From contig NW_024704742.1 in the NCBI RefSeq assembly GCF_018977255.1, positions 4,094,001 through 4,158,000 on the forward strand: a stretch of DNA of 64,000 nt, read 5' to 3'. Position 1 is the stretch's first letter; each line of letters begins with the position of its first letter. A program made the position numbers and the translations under genes. The notes beneath the pieces were generated by a model, which saw nothing but the letters and a program-made list of their open reading frames with translations, was not told the DNA's origin and ran no database searches. The DNA is from Callorhinchus milii (Eukaryota). Positions 37,428 to 50,600 of the stretch are shown here, piece by piece.

Positions 37428-38742
37428 CTGTTAAATCACCAAAACAATATACTTAATGATGAAACAACAGTAAAATTCTTCCGTTTGTAACAATGGGCCG
37501 CTCACATTTGACAGTACAAGCAAATTGATGTTAAGGCTCAATTTTTCATCTGATATAGCAGGAAAATAAACATTTACGACAGAAGGCCGTGCAGCCCAAA
37601 TAGCCTGCGCCACCAAGCCCGAGCATATAATCATATGCATAATCATTACCCTCTCCTGGTACCACTTCCCTGCGTTGATTGGGCCTTCAGTCTCTCTGCT
37701 GCCACCCCTTGGAACTCCATCCCACATTCCCTTCATCTTGCTCCCTCCCTTGCCTCCTTCAAAACATGTCTCAAGACCCTCATCTTCAACCGTGCCTTCG
37801 GCCACCCTCCTACCCCTACCCTCCCTGCCCTCCACCCCTCCTGATCCCAACTCCCTGAGTGTCCAATGCCTTGGGCATCCTCCCGACGTGAGAGGGGCTG
37901 TGTGAATGTAATTTGTTGTTGTTGATGCTTGTACGCTGCAGGAGGGAGATTTGGCCTTCCATCAACTAATTAAATTCTATGCTCAATTAATACAGAGTTA
38001 AATTAATCTAAGCTGAAAATTATTTTGTAGGACAATTTGGGGCCATTGGGTGTTACTGAATTATTATTCATTGTTATCAGCATCAACTGTCGTCTCGACA
38101 ATACTTTTTAGGTATCCTTATCCATTATTCCTACCCTGTGTTGAGGTACCCAGAACTGAATGCAATATTCTCAGTGTAGGCTGATTTCTGTCGTCTTGTA
38201 ATATGCCATCATATGCACTCAGCCAGCATTCGTGCACTAATTGTCAGCAAATCACATCTGCTCAAATAAAGTGCTCGGCAGCAGGACTCTGGATAGAAGT
38301 CTTAGAGGAAAGACCATTATTTTGGAGGGAAATAAGTCCTGTGTAACTTTGTACAGCTTTTATTATTACCACCGTATTTCCCGCGCTTTTCCTCCACCCA
38401 AAAAAATGTCAGCGCAGTAGTTATTGCTGGAAACTGGCAACATTTCACATCTGCATATAAACAGAATTAACTGAGGACATACTAGGGTTGAAAATTGTGC
38501 AGATATTTTCTAAATTAGAAATCGTTCTGATTTTAAAAGGTCACCCTATGTTTAGCAAGCACAAGATCGAGTTTTTCCAAAAGATACGGGGTGGAAATGT
38601 AACTTTAAATCCGTCAGATGATTTTTATTGTGGCGTCGACCGGTTATATACGCCATTACAAGTCTAGCAGTTTAATCTTGAATTACTTTATACATTAATC
38701 TTATATAAACCCAGGGCTACGAATGAAGGTTGAAGAGCTTAC

Positions 38743-38838
38743 AAAGCCGTAATGTCCTCTCCGTGAACAATTGTAGCAATAAATGTTTCTCATCCGAACC
38801 GTATCTGAACGTCCATTTACAATTGGACCTGGTTTAGT
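38743..38838 (-). CDS. ZCCHC7: ZCCHC7 exon with the last zinc knuckle
   Basis: 96 nt, tag/gtaag; TKPGPIVNGRSDTVRMRNIYCYNCSRRGHYGF, completing CX2CX4HX4C with the next exon's EC. Confidence 0.93.
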
Positions 38839-39109
38839 CTAGAACAGAGAAACAGACCATTAGTAATATTCAGAAATATTCAGAGAAAGAGCTGTGACAA
38901 GCTAAAGAAAATTTTAACAAATAACAATACTCACTGTCAATCATTTAAAGAAATAGAAAATAAACGCTTAAACATTTAAAAAAAAAGGAACCCATTTATC
39001 ACAGAGGGTTCACAGAAGGAGGTCATTCGGCCCATCATGACTGTGCAAGTGTTACCTTCCTGAATGAAGCCTATTCCCAATAATCATAATTATTAATATT
39101 GAGGTCCTT

Positions 39110-39312
39110 TGTCTTTTTTCCCCCGGGCCCCTTCTCTGCTTGTCCGGATAATCTGTTCCCTCCCAACATCCCCCAGTTCTGACGATAGGTTGTACACCTG
39201 AAACGTTAACTAATTTTCCTTTCTCCTTAGATGCTGCCTGACTTACTGTGCGCTCCCAGCAACTTCTGTTTTATTTCAGATTTCCAGCATTTGCAGTATT
39301 TTGCTTTTTATT
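39110..39312 (+). mobile_element. Penelope-like terminal repeat, single arm
   Basis: CTGACGA..GAAACGTTAAC..AGATGCTGCCTGAC..TTCAGATTTCCAGCATTTGCAGTATTTTGCTTTT. Confidence 0.65.
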
Positions 39313-41049
39313 AATATTGAGCGTCTGGGTTGTCATCTGCTCCGAGGGCATGTGTAGAAAGAACAGTTAAATTTATGTGAAATTCCCTTTACTCTAACCC
39401 AACATGCATCGTAATGTCAATCCAGGAAGGCACTGAAGCATTTGAATTCTTCCGTTTCCAAAATCAGCCATTCCTTTTAAAATAGAAATCCCAGGTGAAG
39501 GTCAAAGATAATTTTGCAATACACCGACTCTGAAAATAACAACTTTTTCTGTCAGGTCCAAACTTAAGAACGAGCGTTTATATCTTCAAAGTGTGAGGAC
39601 AGCAAATGACAAATGTAAATGCAGGAGATTCTCTGTTAAAAAAAAAAGGGTGAACGTGAAACCTCAAAGGGTTCCCAAAAGGAACTGGACAAGTTCCTTG
39701 TCAATTAAACTGATTCAAGAGGAGATAGATGCATCACAGCGTCTTGTAGGAAAATGGGACACGTAGACTGGATGTACTGATAGATATGGTAGGCTCCATG
39801 TACACAAGGAAAAAAGTATTTTTAATAGATCAAAGTAAGAATTCAGCACTTATAGCTACACAGATAAAAGTAGTCAACAACTTGCATTTACACACCACAC
39901 CTCACGCAGGGCAGTGTCCCAGAGCGCTTGACAGTGGCGGAGCCTGATGCAGAGCCGGTGGAGGGGTGACCGTAGGCAAGGCTGAATAGGAACCGTAGGC
40001 AACGCTGGGGAAGGAAGGGGCAAGGCGGAGGGATAGAGGGAGAGTGTTCCAGAGTTTCGGGGCGTATTGGCTGGAAGTCCCACAAACAGCTCTGAAGTGA
40101 GTGACCAATTTTATCTGGGATTGTTGGCCAGGACACCCAGGAGAAACTCCCTTCTCTTTTCAAATAGTGCCATGAACAGGGAGATGGGACCTCAGTTTCA
40201 CATCTCATCCGGAGGTCTTCACTTCCAGCAATGCAGCACTTCCCCAACACTATATTGGATCGTTAGCCTAGACTGTGAGTCAACGCGTGCTGTAACGAAG
40301 TAACTGACTCACAGACGAACAGGCTGTTGTACCAATATTTGTCTGGGAACTAATTTCCCAAACTATCCGAGGAGAATAAGCCACTGAGAGTAAGAAGTTT
40401 GATAAAAATCAAGCAAAACTGTATTAAGGAAACACATATATCTACATATATAGAAAGATTTATAATTGGCTCTCAGCATTCTCACTTATCAAAGAAACCC
40501 AATGAGATCACAAGTTTGATTACTAAAAAGAGCACTTTTGTGTTCCTTTTTACAACGACCCCAGTGATGAAAATAAGAGGACGTTTCTGATGAAGTTGCA
40601 TTAACCCTGCTGGATTAAGGTTGATTGTTATCGAAGGAAAAAATTAATGGTTAAGAGCCTGACACTGAGTAGCGAAGTAATGCAGTGATGTTGGGCTGTG
40701 ATGTAGGAATACTAAAATGATAGTGAAGTATTCAATAATAAATAGCAATAATCCTTGCATTTGATATTGTGCCTATCGTTGAAACGCCTCAAAACATTTC
40801 ACAGCTAATTGCTGACTATCTGCTGACATTTCGCGCAAAGCAAGGTCCCATCAGCAGCTACGAAATGATTGCCCAATTTATCTGGAAGACTGAGAGCCAG
40901 GATACCCGGAGATGCTCTCTTCTCTATTTGAGGTAGACATACTTGACCGAGTCATCCGTTTAACTCATTCGAAGTGTAGCACCTTAAGACAGTGCTCTTC
41001 AGTATTGCACTTAAAAGATCAGGCTAGACTATGATCTTAAAGTCACTAT

Positions 41050-41500
41050 CAACAACAGCAACTTGCACTTATACAGTGCCCCTCACGTAGGGTAGCATCC
41101 GGGAGCATTTGACAGTGGTGGAGCACGACTCCGAGCCGGGGGGGGGGGAGATGGAGGTAACCGTAGGCACGGTCGAATAGGAAAGTCTTCCAATGCGACC
41201 TGAAGATGGGGAAGGAAGTTGGCAAGGCAGAGGGATGGAGGAAGAGTGTTCCAGAGTTTCGGGGCGTAGTGGCTGAAAGCGGGGCCACTCATGGTGGAAC
41301 GGAGGGCACGAGGGACATGCAGAGGGCTGGAGTGGGTTGTGGGGCAAGCAGGTGGGAGAGGTGTGAGGATCTCCCGTTCGGCGATAGGGAGCCAGGCAAG
41401 GACTGCTGTGATGGGGGTACGGAGTTTGGTACGGGTGAGTATGCGGGCGGCGGAGTTTGGGATCAGCTGGATCCTGTGCATGGTGGAGCTTTGCATCCGG
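41050..41500 (-). mobile_element. L2 LINE 3' fragment
   Basis: NSAARILTRTKLRTPITAVL..AFSHYAPKLWNTLP and a (GTT)n-like tail. Confidence 0.8.
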
Positions 41501-43079
41501 AGCCAAGACTCCTGTCAGACGAGCCAAGTGTTTACTTCTGCATATTGAAAATTCTAGGATCTTTTCAGTGTGAGATGTTGTCAACTTTTGGTGACAACAT
41601 TTGTTATCTTAAGGAAGATACGGTATCATCCATTACCCAGAAATAATTCAGAGAAAAGGACAGTTGTGTGTCTTATTTCAGGTACCCAGGTATTATTTTA
41701 AAAACAGCTGCAAATACTTTATTTTCCAATGTGGAAACATTACCTTGTATAAGAATTTAATACAACAAGAAGCCGTTAATGTACTGAATTGTACTGAACA
41801 CACTGCCAACATTACATACAAATATCACATTGGATAGACACCTATGCAGATGTAACACTCCAGTGTGAAACATGCACATTTACATATGTACCTGCTCAAT
41901 CCAAGCATGTCAAAATATTAATAAAATTAAATGATCTGCTTTCCGCTGGTCATTAAAGAATAATACATTGCAGAATTTATCTGCAGACACAGATGAAACA
42001 AGAGAAAAGAAAGATCATTGGTAGAAAACCTCCATGTTACAATTTTAACAAACATTTAAATAATCTATACTTGCAGACTGATATCTGGCAGATTACCACA
42101 CTATCAAAATATAAAAGTAATAACTCAGTAGATAGCAATACCTATGAACGGTTCATCCCATCTGCTATCCTTGGTGAAAGCTTTTCATGCACCAGTAAAC
42201 TCAGTAAATATCAGAAGATAAAGCATAAGCCAACTATGGCATGGATTTACTCCTAATGTCTCCTGAAAGTGCAGCCCGATGCGATTACAAATGATTTTCT
42301 CCTAATGTCATTTTACATAACCCTTTTTCTGCATGAGTAGTTACTACGAAATGAGTGAATGTCATTAAAACAGTTAATCATTATCTTGCAACACTGGGCT
42401 CCCTCCCTCTCTCACATTGGAATCTCCATGACAAAGAACCAGAGGACAGAATGCATGGGCTGCCTGTGCGACCCATCTTCACAAGTAATTTTTTATGCAA
42501 ATGTACTTGTCGGGCAGTTCCCCGGGTGACCTTGAGCTGTTCGTATCAAAATTGACTTCAATCTGATAAGCGTGCTCCTTAAGTAAAACGTGTGATTTTA
42601 TATACAGTACACGCAGCCGATATTGCCAATTGGTATACATTATAATGAGAATAATAATCCTTGCATTTGATACAGCGCCTTATCACGTCTTCGAGACGTC
42701 TCAAAGCATTTCACAGAACATACTGTAAAGTAAATCGACTGTATATTTTGTGGGCCAAGTGGAAATAGTGCAAGGCAAACTGTTTTATCTAACTTTTAAC
42801 ATCATAAGGATATATCTAGGTGTAACCTGCCAACTTTTGTCATTCCTATGACCAAAATTTAAAATTGCCGGATTGAACAAGGAAGATTTTTTCAAAGAAC
42901 CGTACTGAAAGGAAATAATTAATTTTACAAACCAAACTTGACGTTTTTTCTAAGTTGATTTTTCAATATTTTATTAACGTTTTGCTAGTAATAATTCATC
43001 TTGCAAGAAGTCTGCAGTTATAATATGATTTTCAGGATGAATATATACAGTGCATTTTAAAATTAAAGTACAAACAAAC

Positions 43080-43720
43080 AGACAACAACAAAATTACATT
43101 TGTATAGGGTCGGGAGGATGTCCCAAGGCGCTGGACAATCAGTGTTTCGGACCCAATCATGGAGGGTGGAGGGCAGGGGGGAGAAAGGAGGGTGATCAAA
43201 GGCATGGCTGAAGAGGATAGTCTTGAGATGAGTCTTGAAGGTGGCAAGGGAGGGGGCGAGGTAGAGGGACTGTGGGATGGAGTTTCAGAGGTTGGGCAAG
43301 CGAGGTGGGGGACGTGAAGCAGGCCGGAGCTTGCTGAGTGGTGGGTAGGGCAGGTTGGTCGGGGGTTAGAAGGTCACAGAGATAGGGTGGAAGTAAGGCC
43401 ATGAAGGGCTTTGAAGGTGAGGACCAGGATCTTGAACTGTATCCTCTGTGTGATGGTATGTGAGTGGAGTCGGGCGAGGATGGGGGTGATAAGGTCACGG
43501 AGTCTGGTATAGGAGAAGATGTTCTGCAGCCTATGGAGGGAGGAGTTGGTGAGACCGACAAGCACGGAGTTCGCACAGTCAAGCCGGGATGCTATCAATG
43601 AGTTTATGAAGGTTTCGGTAGTCTGCGGTGTGAGACAGTGATGGAGCCGGGCGATGTTGCGGAGGTGGGGGAAGGCAGAGTGGGTCATGGCACGGATGTG
43701 GGGTAGAAAGGATAGTTTAC
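43080..43720 (-). mobile_element. L2 LINE 3' fragment
   Basis: AFPHLRNIARL..SRLDCANSVLVGL..QRIQFKILVLTFKALHGL. Confidence 0.8.
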
Positions 43721-43789
43721 TTTGTTTTATTTCTGAATTCCAGAATAACTAAATGACTTCAGCACCAAAGTGCCTGCGTCAACAGACAT

Positions 43790-44060
43790 AAGCACATAGT
43801 TTTCGCTGGAAAAAGAACCAGAGGGGAAGACGGAGAGACTTTTCTTTACCCAGAGAATTGTCACGGTCTGGAATGCACTGCCTAAAAGTGTGGTGGAAGC
43901 GGATTTCATAACAGCTTTCAAAAGGGAATTAGGTAAGTATTTAATGGAATCATTTGCAGGGCTATGGAGTAAGGGCGGGGGAGTGGGACTAGATGGCGAT
44001 CTTTCAAAGAGCAGGCACAGGCACGATAGGCCTCCTTCTGTGCTGTAAAATTCTATGATT
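43790..44060 (+). mobile_element. CR1-clade LINE 3' end (other CR1 pieces near 15780-16060 and 19470-20140)
   Basis: FFTQRIVTVWNALPKSVVEADFITAFKRELGKYL, then a GGCCTCCTTCTGTGCTGTAAAATTCTATGATTCT tail. Confidence 0.8.
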
Positions 44061-46883
44061 CTGTGTGCGAATGGCAGCACGTGTGTGTGTGTGTGTGCAA
44101 AGGTCTTTCTTTCATGGAAGCTCACAGAAAATAGGAGGTGTGAATGGACAGATAGGTGATGGTGAGGACCATGATGTTGTTGGAATCCAGGGAGCCAGTG
44201 GAGTCTGGCAAAGACTGTGGTGATGGAGTTTGGTGCAGGTGAGGATACGATGGGGGAATTTTGGATTAGCTGGACCTTATGAATGGTGGATCGAGGGAAT
44301 CTACAAAAAGTGCATCAGCGAAGTCTAAGTGGAAAGTAACATGTGAATTAAAAGTTTTGGCAGCATTGGTGAGAAATACAATACAAATTTACATTTATAT
44401 TGAGCCTTTCAGGCTGAGAAGGGCAATATTTCAGAGGTGGGAGAAAAACTGAACGGGTCAGGGCACGGCTGTGAGATTTAGAGGACAGTTGAAGAGTCAA
44501 ACAAGACACTGAGGTTCCCCACTAGCTCCGTGGAGTGTGGTATCTATTCAGGTTAATGCTGTCAACACCTGAGGTGAGAAGGCACTAACGGAAGTCAAAT
44601 AGGATGTCTTTGCCTCTGTCTTGCAAACATTCAACTGAAGAAAGTTAGAGCTCATTCAAGACCTGAGTCTGACAGATTCCTCCTGGAATCAAGGTAGAGG
44701 CAGAGAGATAGATTTGGTTGTCATATACGTGGAGGTTAACCCGACACATCCGGATGCTATCGCCGAGTGGGAGAAGGTGGATATTACAACAGCTTGGATT
44801 TATACAGCGCCCTTCGCGTGGGGTAGCGTCCCAGAGAGCCTGCTTCGGGACGCTACTCCATATATTAAAGAGGAGACGACTGAATTGGAAGTGAATCCCA
44901 TGTCTACGGATGATGTTGCCGAGAGGGAGCGTGGAGATAGTGAATAGAGGACCGAGGATACAGCCCTGAGCAAAGCCAGATATGACTGTGGCAGAGAAGC
45001 CAAAACACAGAGAAGCCGGCTAGAAAGAGAGGTGGGGAATGTGATTGGATATTTAGAAAAGCAGCTTTGACCCAAGTGACTCAACCTTAGAGGTAAACCA
45101 GTTACCAGTGAGATCTGAAAATATTTAGTCACACAGAGGTTTGTGAAGATGTGATCCACACTGTCCCAGAAAGCCGCTGATGCAAAAATCAATTGGGATG
45201 ATTAAATGGGAGACAGAAGGATACTTGGGAAGTTAGGATATTAAAGGATGGACTGAATCGCCCCTTCCTGCTCCTGTAGTTTGGGAAGGTCAGGGCTCTG
45301 GTTCTGTTAGCTATCTGTACAACAACAACAAAATTGCATTTATAGAGCGCCTTTCATGTTGGGAGGACGTCCCAAGGCGCTGGACAGTTGGGTTGGGACC
45401 CAAGCAGGGGGGAAATGGTCAGAGGGAAGGGAGGGAGAAGACAACTGATCACATAATAGCCATCCTTCAGTGCTTCAAGTGTTACAATGGAGAATGTCAC
45501 CTTTTCATTTTAATCTTATTTATACTCAACGTTACTCCCTGGACTGGAGACTATCTCGCATTACAAAATGATTGCAGAGGGAATGAGTGCTCTTCCACTC
45601 TCTGGCTGGGCAAATCCTGACAAACAGCACCATCTCTAGCACATGTTTATTCTTCCCACTGTACTTCCACCTGTAAATAGGGATTTCCAACATAATGGCA
45701 AATACTAAAGTAAAGACATTTTCACAAATGTATCATAACAACATCTTAATTTTCTCTATCACACATTGTATCGCTTCTTTCAGTTCCTGTTTCGACCATG
45801 TGTTTATCTCATTGCCCAAAATGTACCACCTCTGATGGACATCACTCCTAAAGATGTTCTATACTTCAGTTATTTGAAATGCATATTGTACTACATTATA
45901 ATAAAGAGTGATTAGTTTATTTAGTGCAATTTACAGAGGGAGGTGTACATACGATGGGAAGGATCTAAAGCTCTTTGACAGGCTTCTCGGTCATCGTTCC
46001 CTTCAGCTCCCACCCCCAGAGTCAAGCGCTTTGAGAAGTCCTCCCTATATGAGTTCTTCATCAATTTCCCTGTAAGAACATTCCTTGCATTTGATGTCGT
46101 TTGTGTAACGTTGGAACATCTCAAAACATTTCACAGGTAATTGCTATTGTTTTTGGTGACAGTAGACGGTTTGTTGTCTACCATTGTCTGAAATCCAAAA
46201 TCCACGTCGGAAAAACATACTACAGCTTTAACAAGAGAGAGAATCCTCTCCTTGTATTTGCTTGCGGGGATATTAAAATGTGGGTGTCATTTTCCTAGAT
46301 TATACAACTGTTTACTTTTCATTCAATGCCATTTGCACATCTAATAATGTAGAAAACTAACATGCAGAAATTGTTCTGTAAATATTAACATTGTTAATTC
46401 TTCTAATCAGTTGAGTATCGAATACAGGTGGAAATCCTTCCACGGTGCTTAAGAGGCTCCAAACCATTCTACTGAGAACTTCCACTTCTGTTTCCGTTTG
46501 TCTGGTAATAAGAGTACACACTCTTCCTACCCAACACCAGAGAATTGAGGAGCAGGTTCGCAAGAGCCACGGTTTGGAGCCTATATAAACGTAAATTTGC
46601 ACTGTACTCCTGTACCACTCTAACATCTTTCAGATGGGCAGGCGATGGCACCACTGTCTCCACGTGGACTCATTCTGATAAGTTGTTGGGAGGCATTCCA
46701 TTGTGAATCAGAATCAGTTATGTTTGTCTCCCCCCTTCCCCGCTTCCACCTGTTGGTGCAAAGTGCTCCATTTAAAGACTTTGCTGTCTATAATAAATAC
46801 ATCATGGACGGCGAGGGAGACTTACTGAGATTTATGTTTTTTAGGACATATTCCTAATTGAGTCAAATCGAGGCCATATATAT

Positions 46884-46963
46884 ATTATTAGTTTTGTTAT
46901 TTTATATATATTGTGTATATATATATATCTACACAATATATATAAAATAACAAAACTAATAAT
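46884..46963. repeat. 80-bp AT-rich palindrome
   Basis: Perfect 34-bp arms (46884-46917 and 46930-46963) around an (AT)n centre. Confidence 0.9.
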
Positions 46964-49900
46964 CCTTCATTTGATATAGCGCCTTATCGCATCTTCGAGA
47001 TGTCTCAAAGCGCTTCACAGAATATACCGTAAAGTGAATTGACTCTATATTTTGTGGGTGAAACGCGACAGCCAATTGCGCACAGCAGCGTCCCCACAAA
47101 CAGTCGTGGACTGAGTGACCGAATTATTATTCTGATTTAGTTATTTATTTTTGAAGTGGTTATTTATATATGTACATAATTGTACCTGTCCCAAACCAAC
47201 TTCTACTCTTTATGTAAATTCCGTTGTCTGAAAACGTAAACCTCAAAATTGTACAACGCAATGGGAAGAAAATATACAAGTGTATAAAAAGAACGGCATC
47301 AAACAAATTGGATGATTTAATCACATTATTTTGTTTGACATAGTGGTCGGTGCACTCCTTCAAGGGTTAACAAAGTGGGCGATGTGATTGAAATACTTAA
47401 CCACTACTGTAAGAGTCACGAGGACAACAGCATTACATCGATGACATATGCTCTAATATACAGTAAGCACTGTCATCAACAGGATGAATGACCTGAATAC
47501 AGAACTCAGTGTCACTAGGGTGTTAGGGTTTATCAATTGAAGAGCTGTCGTTCCTCTTTAGATAACGGCTAACCTAACAAGCAGGATATGGTGCAAATTG
47601 CTGATAGGGGCACAACCAATCGCCTCAGCCAAAACATTCAAGTTTTTACTGTGTAAACAGTTCCTAAATTTGCAATGGCATTCTAAATATAAAATTATAA
47701 ATAATCTCCGTGCAGTAGATTTGTTCAGCGACAGACGAATAACTGTACTCGCTGCACAAACCTTTCACACATTGTCAAGTGGCAATTTTCAATTATCGGA
47801 AAGAACTGACATTTTTGACAATAAAAATAAAAAAAACTTCAGAAATGCTGTTTTAATATTTTTGAAAGCAGAGATGTATTTCCTATATTCTGTATTAAAA
47901 CATTCCTATTGCATTTACCATCCTAAACATATCTTGGTCTTTGTGACCTTATATTAAGCCTTTGATTCCTTTTCACACTTACAGGAGCAGATGGACTGCA
48001 TAAATAAGCACAGTGCTCTGAGGCTTCAGACCAGACGATAACCTCCTTCAATTTTCATGCCAGCTTCTTCCTTTGTAATTCAAATCTGGTCAGAAACTGG
48101 CGGCTATGAAAACTGAAACAAGCACTGCCACAAATACCTTGTAATGCTATCGACCTTGTCTGCCCATGCAGTGAGAAAAGGGAATGCATATGTGTCTGCA
48201 GTCATCCAGATAACACAACTAATTTTTGGATAACAGAAGCCGGGCCTGACTGTGCACCAAAGCAGTCATTACCAGGCAGAAGAAAAATAAGTCTCTTCAA
48301 ATACAGGATGCATTTAAAACCATATACAGGGGGCTCAGCCACTTTCAAGGCTGCTTTCATTACCAATTTTAATTTGCTGCTTCAGTTTGCTGGGGAGATA
48401 AACTCTTTAGTGCTGTTTTTTAATCTGTTTGCCACATTTTATGTTTAAGATTATAGTAATATCAGAGAGTGGAAGGAATCCTTTTGTAGGAAATAAAGAA
48501 ATAGATCCTCTTATCAGCAGCAATCAGAAAGTTCATTAATCAGCGTGGCTTTGTGCCCTCTAAATTGAAAGGTTAAATAATCCTCTCAGGAATATTTCTC
48601 AGCACCTCTGCTGATTGTCCAGAAAGGAACCGTCATTCAAAGCACTCTGGATCACTGACAGAATATTTTTCACTGTTTTGACCACAAACAATGATGGACA
48701 AATAGTCTGACTCTTAACAGAATTCACCTGCTGTAAGAAGGCTTGACTTTGTATTTCAAACGAAGAAAGTGGACTCATGCAAATACATTTAACTATGAAG
48801 GAAATCCTCTTAAATTACTGTGTAAACGATGTCTCAAGGCAGAAAAAGAATTTCTCCAAGACATTTTAGCGACAGAGTACATACATTTTTCATGAAAATC
48901 CTAAACATTGAAATAAAAACATCTTGAATTGCTTGAAATATATCTAAACCGAGAAATAGAAATAATTATCTGGGGTTTACTGCAAGTAAATAATCTAATT
49001 AAGCAGTTCAGAAGGAGTATTATTATTATTATATTGTGACCTATGAGAGTGAAGAAAGAGTGTTTCATAATGGCCACCTCAATCCTGAGATTAGATGACA
49101 CAATTTAAGTAATAAACCAGATATTATATATCTATCTGATTATAACTCATGTTCGTTTATAATTCAGGTGCCCTTGGACCCACATCCAGTTTCCCATGTG
49201 ATTGGCCACATCATGATGAGGAAGTACTGGCTGGTAATCGCACTCTATTATAAGGCCTTTGGGGATGTTATGGACCCCAACGACTGACTTAATGGGATTC
49301 TACTGTATTAATACTAACATCAAAGCAAATCACGGGTAATTTCTATCAGTGTGGCGATTGTATATCTGTACGCCACGCGGGCACATCAATGGCCACAAAG
49401 AGCCATTAAGTGAATGCCCAATTTTATCTCGACTGTTGGGCAGTTACAAGCAGGAGAAATAAATGCCCTTCTCTTTTCGAACGGTGCCATCTTTAACGTC
49501 CACCTGAACAAACACCCAAGGCCTCGTTTTGACTTCTCATCCAAAGGACAGCACTTCTGACACTGCAGAGTTCCCCACGAACTCACAGCCAGGATTATCA
49601 GCCTGGACAGTGAGCTCAACAACCACAACAACAACTTGCATTTACGTAGCCCCCTTCAAACGGAGTTGCTGTCCCGGAGAGCTCGACATGCCTCCTGCAT
49701 TGTAATTATTTTTTTCTACAGAACGCTACACATTTGTATATTGTGTGTTAGAATGCGGCAGCACGGAAACAGGCTCTTCGGCCCAGCGAGTGTGCGGGTG
49801 TGTGCTTTTCTCCACGCGAGACGGTCTAATTCCGTTCTCCGGGTCACCCTTTAATATTTCTCTTTCGCGCGCACCTCCTATGGCTTAGCAAAGTTGCTTC

Positions 49901-50039
49901 CTGTTTGCTGTCAGTGAAATCGGCGGTGACCGGATGACTCGGAAAGCCATCCATTTTTAGCACAGAGAGTTGAGATGGCCGATTCCTGGTTGCAGGTGGC
50001 TCGGCGCAAGCACAATTCATTTTTTGTCGGGGAGGGTGT

Positions 50040-50600
50040 CACCTGGGTGTCTGACACACACAGAAACCCAGCACCCGTGCCTAAGAGTATCCAAGCCACG
50101 CTGAGATGTCCGTGAATCCAACCTACACATGGAAATCCCAGAGATGGATTGTTGGAATGGAATGTGCTCTCACTCTCTCTCCCTGGAGAGACGCACCTTG
50201 CTTACCTAATTCCAGGAAGTATTAGGCGCAGGTTGGCAAGAGCCAACGCTTGGGGACCCCAGAGTGTGCTTTGTGGTAACTGCTGGAGTCTAACCAGCTA
50301 AAACCGCACAGCTTGTCATTGATATTGCTGTCTGGCAAGCTTTCCCGCTGCTTGTCCAGTTAGGACCACCCTACCTGTTAGGGCTTTGGCTTTCAGAGTT
50401 AACAGGAGCTGATTGGGATGACTCCCTGCCCCCAGTGACTGGTCTGCCCTTCCAAGTCCTATCGATGAGCCAGGCTGTGCTGTTATCAGCAGTGCCCTGG
50501 AATACTGTGGACCCGCCTGGCTCAGGAACTGGACTACCGAGACCACCAGAGGGCTGTCTCGATTCCAGCATTTCGCTGCCAGGTATGTCACCTTGAAGCC
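50040..50600 (+). repeat. Unclassified dispersed repeat (relatives at 2045-2330 -, 3915-4050 +, 31630-31745 -, 57495-57930 +)
   Basis: Shared blocks GGGTGTCTGACAC, TAAGAGTATCCAA, GGCAAGAGC, GGGACCCCAGAGTGTGC, GGAGTCTAACCAGCT, CCCTACCTGTT and CCCCCAGTGACTGGTC. Confidence 0.7.

Noticed and set aside
41993..42256. Plus-strand ORF with TDIWQITT, resembling the ZCCHC7 IWRQY exon
   Set aside because: Wrong strand; the true exon is 62269-62304
43196..43688. RT-like ORFs as host genes or an active LINE
   Set aside because: Short, frameshifted, 5'-truncated L2 remnants; no intact ORF2 in the window
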